64,000 nucleotides of DNA from Isurus oxyrinchus (Eukaryota). Below are positions 39,401-51,330 of this stretch, piece by piece. Made by a program: the position numbers and the translations under genes. The stretch is taken from assembly GCA_026770705.1 (NCBI GenBank), contig JANJGN010000007.1, positions 96,844,001 to 96,908,000 of the forward strand, given 5' to 3'. How positions within the stretch are numbered: the first letter of the stretch is position 1; the number at the start of each line of letters is the position of its first letter. The notes under the pieces are model-generated. The model was given only the letters and a program-made list of their open reading frames with translations. It was not told the DNA's origin and ran no database searches.

Positions 39401-41241
39401 GCAGATTTCAGCATCAGTTGAATTGATGGAAGATGGAGTGCTGCTCGCCGGTCAGGAATGAACTGGAGAAAACTGCTTCAGCTCCATATTACCCTATTGC
39501 TTTTAACCAATGTAGAATAATAAACGAATCTCTGCAGTGACACAACAGAGGCATGAATGTCAATGGGACACATTCAGCATCAGTAACCACATGTCACCCC
39601 ATAATGGCTACGATGCAATCCTGAACAAGAAACAGGGTCAGAGATTCAACGTTCAGAATCTTAAAAGGGTAGCAGCAGCAGCAGCTTGAAAATGTTTAGC
39701 TTGTGTATACACTGGCAAATAAAAAAATCAATGACTTTGCTAATTGTTTTGGCAGCAGCGAACAAAGTCAACATGGTTATGCTAAAACTGTAAATGTAGC
39801 TGTCATCACCGTGGCATCAATCCTGTATGGATATCTATTTCAGCTGTATTCCTGAAAGTCTTCGAATAAAGAAAGTGTCTCAACTTTGAGACGTTTCCCA
39901 TTTATCCAACTAGTTATTTATTTCTGAGTTAAAGAAGCTGATGTAATGTGTTGAATCAAATGACTGTGAACAATAGCAATGATCAGGCCAAAAACACTGT
40001 CAGCGCATAATTACCTCCTGTATATTTCGTGTCTTACTGCAATGGATTAGACTGATTTCTGCCAGAGTTGTGACTTACCAAACCAACAGCACTCGGTGCT
40101 TCTCACAGAAATGAAAATACAAACAAATGGGAAAATGACAAGGGCATTTTCTGCTCCATTGTTTCAGTTGATGGAGTTCCTAGTAGTTATTGATCATGTA
40201 AATTCGTGGTATTTACACTGCTGCACGACAGATTATATCTCCCAATGCGTTTTTACAGAAACACCTGTCTCATCACTTGAATGATGGAATGTCCTCTGCC
40301 TCGCATCCGAGAGTCTTCTAGTAGCTATATTATATCTGTAAAATATGTGACCACCTAAATCACCCTGGCAATGTTACAGTGTTATTCTCTGGACTAAATG
40401 TATTGGATTTAGGTGTCTAGGATAAGGACAGGAAGGAAGCCATGAGGATCTGTTAAAAAATTCATGTTATGAAACTAGCCTGTCTTGGAATAATTCATGA
40501 ACATTTTAAATCATTGATAATGAGAGAGCACATGTTTGTAGTGTTTTAAGGAGGCAGCATAGTATACTCCCTCTCCAATAGTATGGTTATAATTGACTCT
40601 GTTTCAGAGCCTTGACTGCTGATGTGAGTTTGCTGCTGATTTGTTCACACCTGCTTTGATTCGCAGCGATTGCAACCATTATCCCTCTACTACATTGGAA
40701 AATTATACGTCCTGATCTCAATTTGTATATCATTACACTATACCTACTGGGATTGCGTGAACGTCCGTTTATAGAGTATATGAAGCATCGCTGAAATATG
40801 GTACTTTATTGATTGAATGATTTCGTCATCTTACAGTCTACCTTTTCATTCCAGGAGAAGGTAAATCAATTATTGTGAACTGTTATTGGTAAGGGTTCTC
40901 GATATTGTTTTTCCCGTACACTATAAAAAAATAGAAACAGTGTAGGTGAATAGGAGGTATCTTGATAAATCACCCGAATTGCTACACGAGGCACAAAGGC
41001 TTCACTATTGACAACCCGACTCTAAAAATAGATGCATTTAGTATGGAGCTGGTGTACTGGAAGTAGCTTCGGGATGTTTGGATTCAGTTGGATATGAAAG
41101 AAACTTTGACACAAAAAAGAAGAGCGTCAATACTGCAGATTGATGTTGACCTTACTGAGGCAAGGGGAGAAGCGGCTGCTAAAAGAAAAGCGAAAGACAA
41201 AGACAGAGAGCAAGAGTGACATAAATAAATAGGAAGGCAGA

Positions 41242-41297
41242 ATGACAGGCGCGATCAGCGTGTGCGTAATTTTGTGTGAAGTATCAAGAACAATTAG
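41242..41297 (+). other. Candidate leader (signal peptide) exon of IgSF gene 2
   Basis: ATG-MTGAISVCVILCEVSRTI then AG|GTAGGG donor, upstream of the V pseudo-exon; phase is 2 rather than the expected 1. Confidence 0.35.
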
Positions 41298-41861
41298 GTA
41301 GGGAACATGACGAGCACTGAACCCCCACGGAGCACATTCAGGAGATTCTGTGCTGACTGCATTCAGTTTATTTATCGAGTTTTCATTGATTATTGGTAAT
41401 AATGCTTCAAACATTTGTCTGTGGGAAAGTCCTCCCAGGGCTATTATTAGTTCTCTACATTTGATGCAACACCAAATCTGGACATATCATCACAGCACTG
41501 AACATAATATTTTTCTGGTTCCTTATCCCTCTCTTCCAGTTAATTTGGTGGAAATTGCAAACCTGTCCCGAGGGAAGAGCGGTTTCTACAAGTATATAAC
41601 TCAACACGTAGTGGGATTGGCAGTGGCTGTCAACTGGTCATTATCACTGAACCCATATTCCGCTGGACGGGTGCAGTCTAGTTGCCAGAATCGCTTCTGC
41701 AAATAACTCCTGTGTATACCCTCGCTGTCTCCTCGCTGAAGCCACAATGCTTTCTGTGTCCCTCACAGTCGTTTTCACCTTTTAATCATTCGTGGCCATT
41801 TGTTGAGGCAGGCTGGAAACAAAATATGGCTCCCCAAAAACGGCAAACGTTACTCTGGTAA

Positions 41862-42080
41862 GGGATAGTTCTCTTGGCCGTTTAGTGCCTGCCCCATGCT
41901 AATTTACATATGAACCACAATATATGATTGATAGTGGCTCATGGGATTGTGCCCATAAATTGAGCATCTAGGAAAGATGCACAATTTATGGACACACTCC
42001 CATGAATCATTATGAATCATATATTGTGGTTCATATGTAAATTAGCATGGGACAGGCACTAAATGGCAAATAGCACTCCC
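41862..42080. repeat. ~220-bp near-perfect palindrome (foldback/MITE-like)
   Basis: TTTAGTGCCTG.CCCATGCTAATTTACATATGAACCACAATATATGATT...GCATCT-aggaa-AGATGC...AATCATATATTGTGGTTCATATGTAAATTAGCATGGG.CAGGCACTAAA. Confidence 0.9.
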
Positions 42081-42539
42081 GGCATGAGCCAAAGTTGTTT
42101 TGTTTAAATCCATTTTAACCCATTGTCTCCCCTTCTGTCTGATTTTGCTACCAAGTATTCTGATGAATAGCTCGTTCAGGGACTTCCGGGCATGCAGTAA
42201 TTGGGAGAACCAGAATGCGCCGGTGATGAGAACCCGCAGGATGCCATCATTTTGCTCTTCAAAATTTCTGGAAGTTTTATGCTATAAGTGCGATCTGTTT
42301 TCTCTAATAACATGCACCGGCAAAATAAAAGTGTTCGGTTTCATTCCTACAACAGTACCACTCACGATATCAAAGAGCACACAACAAAGATGCTACAGAT
42401 TTGCAGTTCTTGTACAACACTTGGCTTTATGCAGTGACCCAGTCTGAATTCATAGAGGAGCTGAAAAACACTGTATACTATCCAGTCATTTTATTTGTTA
42501 AACGAATTAAATCATAGAAGGTGCTGAATGGTTTCAAAC

Positions 42540-45055
42540 AATAGAATGACTCTAAGTGTCACGAGCAAGTGAGTACAGAAATGGTATGGTAAGTCAGATA
42601 AATGCGTGCCTAGAAGTATAGTGCCGGAGGGAAGGCTTCAGATCCGTGCAGCACTGGAATTTTCTCTGGGGAAGACGGCATATGTGTAAACTGGGAGTAT
42701 TGCAGCTGAATAGAGCAGGCAACGAATTCATTGTTGGGATTTTTGCGAGAACCTTTCGGCTTTAGGGGCGGGTGTAGCTTTAAGCTAACTCAGAAAGGAT
42801 CTGCGAACAAGAAGACAACATTAGGGAGCAATGTCAAGGTGAACAGAATACTGGGAGAGACAAGCAGCAATAGAATAGAGAATAGTCAGTAAATAGGCGG
42901 AGTTAGCGTGAGCTAGAACATAATAACGTCTCAATCAGGGTGCCGCTGCATACAGACGAACGCTGGGAGTATAGTACATGTGACTGGTGAGTTTGAAGCA
43001 CAGATTGCGATGCAGAATGTTGATGTTCTGGTGATCAGAGAGGTCTGGCTCAAACAAGAGCAGCTCTGATTGTTTGCTGTTCCTGTGTACAACGCATTCA
43101 GGAAATATCGGGCAGGAGAGAAAAAAGGAGGCGTGCCTGCATTGATTTTAAAAAGAACATCGCTATGATGGAGAAAACGGATGTCACAGAGGGATCAAAG
43201 TCAGAAACAATTGCTCGAGAGATAAGGAGAAAAGGGTGTCATTATATTGCTCGATGTAGTCAATGGCAACCAACTAGTCGTAAGAATGTAGAGGAAATAA
43301 CCTTTAGGGAAATTACAGAGGTGCAAACTTTGTAGAGTCGTTCCAATGGTGGACTCTAATCACCCGATTATAGAATGGAGGCTGGTAGATTAAATCGCAG
43401 AGAGGGTCAAGAGTTTTTAGAGCGTGTTCAGGAGAATTGTCTGCAGCAGTATGTGTCCAATCCAAAAATAATATGGTGGTGGAAGACTTCGTTCTTGGAA
43501 ATGAGCCTGGCCAAGTAAATCAAGTGCCAGTGGGGGAACATTAAAGACACAGTCATTATTGCATCATAACATTCAGGCAGTGAGAGCGGAAATCACAGAG
43601 GCAATAGTGACACTGTTCCAGTCTTCGTCAGACACAGGGGGCTGGAGAATTGAGAGCATTATACCACAGTGCAAAAAAGGGTACAAGGGAAAAGCTTCCA
43701 ATTAAAAGCCAGTTAAATTGGCCTCTGTGGTACCGAAAATTCTGGAAACTGTAGTGTGGTAAGAAAAAATAATAATCATTTAGACAAGTGCAGGAAAATT
43801 ATTAAATGTCAGAAAGGATTCATCAGAAGAAAATCATGTTTAACTAACTTGCTGGAGATTTTGAGATGTTAAGGGGGAAGTCTGATAAAAGAAACTTTGT
43901 TGATGTGGTGGTTATGGATTTCAAATGGCATTTGATAACGTGCCACACAACAAAATTGTGAACAAACTTCAACATCATGGAGTTAAAGTGGAAGTAGGCA
44001 CTTGGGTAAGAAATTGCCTGAGTGAAAGGAAACAGAAACTTGTGATAAATGTCTTTTATACTGATTGGAGGAATAGTGCAGTAACGTTCCCCAGGTGTCA
44101 ATCGCTAGATTGATATCTGCAGGGCATGATTTAAAAATTTGCAGATGACACAGAGATTGTAAATGTTGTCAACTGTGATGCAGATAGTCTTCAACATCCA
44201 AAAGGCACAGACGTGGCCATAGATTGGGCAAACAAGTAGCAGATGAAGTCCAATGGAGATAATTGTGGGGTGATTGTTTTTGGCAGGAAGGATATGGTTC
44301 GAGCACATAACATAAAGGGAGAGACTCAAGTGGAGGTGCTAGAACAGAGAGACCTCCTTCTATTCATACATAGCTAATTGAAGATGCCAGGGCATATTGG
44401 GAGAGCTGTTAATAAAACATGTAGCATCTCAGACTTTACTAATAATGACTGTGATGAGAAGAGTAAGGGAGTCATGTTGATATGTATAAGAAACTAGTTA
44501 GGCCCTCGACTGTTTTGAGTTCTGGGCGCCACACTTCAGTAAGGATATTGAAGGCATTGGAGAGTGTACAGAGAACAGCAAAAATGATGATTTCCGGGAT
44601 GAATAACTGTAGCTATGAGGATACATTGGAAAAGTTCGGACAGTATTCCTTTGGAGAGAAGAAGACTGAGAATTAACATGATAGAGTTATTCAACACACT
44701 AAGAGGCATGTACAGCTTAAATAGTGATAATCTGTTGACACTTAAGAGAAAAGCAATAACTAGAGGGCACAGATTCAAAATATTTGGCAAAGCGGAGTAA
44801 ATGTGACATTTGGAAATTTTTGTTCATCCAGAGTGTGGTTGGAGTCTGAAGCAACCTTACTTCAAGTTTGGTGGATGCAAATTGGATCGAGATATTGAGA
44901 AGGAAATTGGATTGCTACCTGATAAGAGATAATATGCAAGGTTAGAGATTTAAGGCTGGGATATCTGAATCAGTGGAATGGAAGTTTAGAATGGCACTGC
45001 AGACTCTATGGGCCGAATTGCCTCCTTCTGCACTGTAAAGGTACCGCGATGAATA
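42540..45055 (+). mobile_element. Old CR1 LINE (ORF1 esterase-like end + ORF2), decayed
   Basis: CRREGFR..HWN; AFDNVPHNKIVNKL..WVRNCLSERKQ; KFADDT; YKKLVRP; RGHRFKI. Confidence 0.85.
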
Positions 45056-45089
45056 AATGATTGTAGAAAAGGGCAATGGGCAATCCGCA

Positions 45090-47125
45090 GTGATAAAAAA
45101 TAACTGACTGACATTGGACTTCAATGGGGTAAGAAAGGATCTGGGCAAGATTCAATAGAACCAAGGTTTGACAGGAAATATGTAGCTCAACAATAGGATA
45201 TCTTCAAAGAAGAAATGGTACGGATACAGTCAAGCTGAATCCCTTCAGAAGGGGAAGGTGTGGCAAAGAAAAAATCCTTCGATCCCTGGATGAAAATTGA
45301 GTTAGAAATTAACAGAAAGAAGGAACGGTATGCTTATGCCAGTTGTCAGGTATAAAACACAATTGATAATGAAGCTGAATACAGCAGGCTCAGAGGAGAG
45401 TTGAACAAGCACTAAGTGAAACGAAGAAAGAACTATGTGAAAGACTGGCAGCCAACATAAAGGGGAATCCCAACGTTCCTTATACGCCCATAAATAACAC
45501 ATTAATGGTAAATAGAGGTGCAATACCGAATCGGGAAAAAAAGGGAAATTACACATGGAGGCTGGGCCATGTCTGAGGCATTTAATCAATACATTGAGTC
45601 TGGCTGTACCAAGGAAGCAGATGTTACCCAGGCCATGGTGACAGAGGAGGGAACTCCATCATCAGAAATGTTCAAAATTGAGAAAGTGGAGGTAATAGAT
45701 AAACGGAATGCAGAGTTGTCAAGATAGCAGTGCTGTATGAGATGCATTCCAGCATATTGAAGGCAGTGCGAGTGGGCATTGTCCATAATCATTCGCTCTT
45801 CCTTAAAGTCCCTGGAGGTGCCAAAGGCCTGGAAAATTTCAATCATTCCGGCCCTGTTCAAAAATATGTTTTAAGGATAAGGCTATCAATTGTAGATCGG
45901 GCAGTACAACTTCAGTGGTCGAGAAGCTTCGTTAAACAATTATTTGTGATAGAATTAATAGTCACAGGGAAACGTGGTGATAACGGGAAGAGGTAGCATG
46001 GATTCTGCAATGGAAATCGTGTTTTACCATCCTCGTGGATGTTTTTGAAGATGTAACAGACTGGACTGATGTGGGTAAAGTTGCTGATGTGGTGTGCATG
46101 GACTTCCAAAAGGCATTCATTAGAGTGCTGCATTACAAGGCTTGTGAGAAAAGTTATAGCTCGTGGAATATGGATGATGCAAAACGTGCAAAACATTACT
46201 AATTCTGAGGAAGGAGGTGTATAAACTAACAAGGGCACAGACAAGTTCTTTGATTGGGCAGATGAAGTTCAATGCAGAGAAGTGTGAGATCCTTTATGTT
46301 GGTAGGAAGGACATGGAGAGACACTATAATATATGGACGACAAGGCCCTGCATACGCAATAACATAGGTGCTGGCTTGTAAAAGTGCATAAACCATTAAA
46401 GGTCGCAGGGCAATTGGACAGGACAGGTAATAATTCATGCAGTATCCTAGACTTTATTAATTGAAACATTGATTACAAGATCAATGAGGTTACTCTGAAT
46501 TTGTATAGGGCACCAGTTAGACCTCGGCTGCAGTAGCGTGCACAATTCAGGGCGCCACACATTAGGAAGAATTTGAATGCTTTTGGGAGGGTGCTGAGGA
46601 AGTTTACATATACAGTTCCAGGAACAAGAAACTCCACATATGAAGATAGATTATGGGAATTGGGACTCTTCTCTTTGGAACTTTGGACAGAAGGCTACGA
46701 GGAATTCAGAATTAAGTGATCAGCATAATGAAGTGGCTGGTCTGAGTAGATAGTGATAAATTGTCCCTGCTCTGAAAAGAAATGAGCAAGAGAGGGCACA
46801 GATGCAAAGTGATTTTCAAAAGAAGCAAATCCGTTCTGAGTGGGAAATAAATACTTTTTTTTCCCAGAACGAGTGGTGCGGATCTGCAAGGCACTGCCTT
46901 GAAGTGTCGTTGGAGTAGGTTAAATGGAAGGTATTAGATGCTTATTTAAATAGAAAATATATGCACTGCTTTCGGGAAAAGGCAGGAAAACGGCATTGAG
47001 TAAGAATGTTAATTTTTATAGTCAGTGCTGACAGTGTGGGCCGAATGGACTTCTTCTGAAATGCAACAATTCAATGATTCTATGCTTCGGTATCGCTGTG
47101 AATCTATGAATCTTTGATTTCATGT
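45090..47125 (+). mobile_element. Old CR1 LINE ORF2 fragment
   Basis: CMDFQKAF, NLYRAPVRPRL, CR1-type 3' tail ATGATTCTATG. Confidence 0.8.
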
Positions 47126-47719
47126 AACTCTCCACATATTCGCGCCGGGGTAGAATGTGCATCTTGCATTAACAGCACTTATTCTTGAATTGATATAAAT
47201 ATGGGCCTGATTTTGGATTTGTAGCTAATCTAACAATTTGCGGCTGGTGGGATGGGGGATGATGGTGTGGGGGGTGGTGGGGGGGGGGGTGGTGCAGGTG
47301 GGGGAGGGGTGTTTAGCTCGGCGGAGTAGGCGGTGGTAGTGCTTGCTCTTCAGACAAATCATGAATAGTTTGAAACTGAAAATGAGCAAAGAGCTGAACT
47401 TCAACTAAATGCGCTCCAACCCAATGGATAATGGAGAAAGGTGCAAATTGATTTATAATACAGCGGCAGTCCTCCAGGCGCTTCGTTCATCAGTACTCTA
47501 CTTCCTTTTAGTAGGCTAACCTCTTACTATGCTTACCAGGCTGTAATTTTTATTCCATGTGCCTAAGTGGCGACAGGGATCCTGAATCTGTAGAATTGCG
47601 CCCTCTGCATTTAAAGTTCATAACTACACATTAATAGAATTGGAAAATTGCAAATACCATCTGCCGAATTCAGAAATGTTGAACCGAAAATATGAAACAT
47701 TAGTTTAAGGCCAAATGTG

Positions 47720-48050
47720 AATCTGTTATGAGGATCCGAGTGAGAGGGCACTTAGAAAAGCATATCATGATCAAATGGAAAAGGCAGTGAATTTTGGCTA
47801 GAAACCCTTGTTTGCCAAATCGGTTGGACTATATTATTGGTAGGATAGGTAATGGGAACCCAATGCATGTAAGATGCTGTGAGGTAACATACTAGTAGAC
47901 TATTATGCACAATTAGTATTCGTGGAATTGGAGGGAATATATTGACCTGGTTTGAAAATTGGTCAATAGACATTACAGGATATATTAAAGAATTTATTGA
48001 CCTGGATTGAGGATTATTTAATGGATAGAGAATGGAGACCAAAATAGGGG
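47720..48050 (+). mobile_element. CR1 RT fragment
   Basis: RLLCTISIRGIGGNILTWFENW. Confidence 0.55.
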
Positions 48051-48054
48051 TGAT

Positions 48055-48290
48055 AGATGGTGATGCACTGGTAACGTCCTTAGTTTAGTAATGCAGAGCT
48101 CCAGACAAATGGCTCGGATGTGTGCGTTCGATTTATGCCACATCAGCTACTAGTATTCAAATTTGTATTAATTAAGCAATGGTCTGGGACTTAACTAGCC
48201 TACAATGAACCAGACAAATGTGGTTAACAGTTAACTTTCTCAAGAATAATTGTGGATTGGCAAAAAAAAACTCTGGCCTTTCTAGGAGCA
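48055..48290 (+). mobile_element. Decayed tRNA-derived SINE head (tail at ~49441-49495, after the LTR insertion)
   Basis: TAGTAATGCAGAG...GTTCGATTT...ATTCAAATTTG similar to 58987-59335. Confidence 0.45.
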
Positions 48291-48354
48291 AATCCTTTCC
48301 AGGAACAAATCATAACAAGACCAACAGAAAGGTTATAAATGTGTAAGCGGCATG

Positions 48355-49440
48355 TGTTATGAGCACAGCCAGTGTTACCTGATGTGCAAAACAAATCCCA
48401 GAAAGAAACATAGTTTACAGGGCATAAAACCTTTGTTCCGTATTCTGACAATGAGATGAAGATCTGAGTGGCAGGAAGCAGGTCCAGGAGGGCCTCTGGA
48501 GCATTATTTTAAGATAATAAATATATATGTTTTATTAACAAGCATAAAATAAACTTAAGCACACAAGATTACAGTTATAGAATTAAGTTTAGTCTTACAA
48601 AATATACCCCCAAAAGCCTTCCACCTGTTCAAACTCACAATGAATCAACTTCCAGGGGGAAAATCCTTATTGATGTGTACTAAGAAAAGAAGTCCAGTCA
48701 CATAACACAAGGCAAACTGATGTAGCCTCAAGAAAGGCATGTCTCTTGACCTCTACCCTCTTGCACTCTACGGTGGGAATACATTTCAGAATATAACTGC
48801 TTGTTGCAGCCCAATACATCTCTGACTTGTTTAAGTATTTGATTCAAAATGCATTCTCTCCCAGCCCAGAGCTCCAGCTGTATCTCAACATCACAACCAG
48901 CTCCATCTATCTCCAACTATCTCTACCTCAACATCGTAAACAGCCCCAGATATCTCCAGGCATCCGCAGCTAAATCTCACAGCTCTAACTTTTATTTTCC
49001 TTTCATATCAGATGCTTTGATTTCACACACCTTTGAAATTCAAACTGTACTAATTATATGATCGTTCATGTTTCAATCTTGTCTTCGCTTTAGGTTCAAC
49101 AAAATATAATAACCCCACTCCGATTTACATAAGGAACTCCTGCAAGATGCCAGCATGTTTCTTGTTACCTCTGAATCCAATTTGGTATTCAAGCAGAACT
49201 TCAACGTATCTAAAACATGCAAATGTTAGATCTAACCTATTTACTTGTACGTCAAACATAACACCTCTATCCTTTGACATGTTTCAACCCCCCAGATAAT
49301 CTCACTCCTATCAAATCTTGGTCAGCTTAATTAATCACACCCATATATACACACACACACACACAAACACACATACACCTTTCTTTATTGAACAGTATTC
49401 CAAAAATATTAAATAAACAGCATCAACTCTTGGCATGATA
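48355..49440 (-). mobile_element. Solo LTR related to 23257-24164, reverse orientation
   Basis: TGTTATGA...CATGATA termini; (CA)n at the position mirroring the (TG)n of 23257; shared ATTTGCAT and GATTATCT blocks. Confidence 0.6.
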
Positions 49441-49679
49441 CGTTAGGGATAAGCAAATGGGCCTTAGCTGTTTGTGACCTATGTTAGCAATGAATTCTGG
49501 GTTCCTCTTCCATGAAAATAAATCCAAGACTGCATGTTCAAAGCTTTATTCTTGTTGCTATTTTTTTTTCAAATGGATTTCCTGCTGAACCAAAAAGAAC
49601 GTCTGCTACAATTCACATGAGCGCAGCTTTTGCCCTTTTTTCTTTGAGTTCCACAAGGAATTCTACGCTCACTCTGTGG

Positions 49680-51330
49680 AAACTCACACATCATTGTACC
49701 AACACCTTGTAATGAAGGAAATCAGAGGAAGTGCAGATGGTGACATTGCCAATGATGATTTTAGAAACATGTGTGAAAATATTAACACATTAGTTACAAA
49801 GACCACAACTGATAGCATTTTCAGTAATGGGCTTTCTGAAAGAAATCTCATGATCAATGAGATGCTGCACAAGATTTAGCCAACCGACCAACTTATGAAT
49901 GCTCAGCATTCACTTTGAACAATGCATTTGTAACACTTGCAAAGCTATAGAATGTCAGTTGGTCTATAGCGGAAACCCCAAAATATCTGGTGCAGTGTGT
50001 GGTGATCCCCAGTCCCTAGAATTTGCTAAAGTTGCTTCACGTTTTTTTTTTCCTGTGGATTTGAATGCCATAGATGCAGAGAGAAGATAATTCATCAAGC
50101 CAAGAGTCTCAAAGTGAATTTTGCGAGCTTTATGACATTGTGTAAGACCATGAATCATAAACTTTAATTCCAGAGGTTATGTGTAATATAAAAATAGGTG
50201 AAAAAAAGGGAAAGCTCCACTTCAGGTGGTTCAATAACCTGCACTTCAAAGTATTAACATAATTTCATCTCGATTAGTTGTGATTGATTATGAAGCTGCG
50301 GAATCCAAGAAATTAATAGAAGGTTTTCCGGCACCTTGGACTTCACATTCTCAAATACTTGATCGCTATGTGCAGCAGAATAATGTGGATAAGTAGCCGA
50401 ATAATGATTGATAAAGTGATATTAATGCCGATTATAGAGTTGTCATGCTCAAAGTATAACTGTATCCCATCGTTCCTTGGAGGACCAATAAAGCAGAAGC
50501 CGTCAGTAAGCAAAGGAATGTTATCATTGTAGTTAGCAGAGGGGAAACCACCAGCAGATGCAAAGATTGGCGACGTGCCCAAGATGACAGAGAAGAGGTA
50601 GGATCAATAGATTGGCAAAAAGACCTGAAATGTTTGGAAAATAAGGAAACCCGGTGTGACACTCCATCATGCATTTGAGTGTTACTCGGGCACTTGCACA
50701 TGATTACCTACTTGACTCAGTTCATGGGAAGGAGACATTCTACAGCTGTAATTGAGAAAGATATAGGAGGGTTGGTGAGGCCGTAACTTCGCGAGGATAT
50801 GTCTTGGAAAAAGAACTACACACCAATCTACGAACGCTATTAAATGTAGACCCCTTTACAATTGAAAGGTATTAATAGTTGCAAACAAGGTAGAAGAAAA
50901 CCTAATAAGAGAGGCAAAATAACAATTTTGGACAGTTGGCAAAAATTGGATACAGAATGCTGAAGCAAGACTCGAGTTTTCGAAGGAAGATATAGATGTT
51001 GGACTCCGCCATGGCAGGAATGTGATCTTAAAATTCGCCTTCATTTTGGTGCCAAACATAATTGGGAATTGACGTTAATTGGTACAGACAATACATTTTC
51101 TTTGCATGAGGAAAAATTAATAAAATAAATCAAATAGACAAATTTTTGAAACCACCCATAGAAGCAAGGCTGTAAAATTGGAAGCTGTTCCAATTAAAAT
51201 TATTTGGATTTCAGCTGAATGATGTGTGAAGAGTCTGGTATTTGTTGGTTTAATCTGCTTCACTGAAAGATGGATGTACTTATCTTAAAGCAGGTCCAGC
51301 AAAGATCCGCTGATATCACAAAGCGCAATT
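49680..51330 (+). mobile_element. Highly decayed CR1-like LINE
   Basis: ADAKIGDV (cf. FADDTKIG), YRRVGEAV / LVRP-like remnants. Confidence 0.35.
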
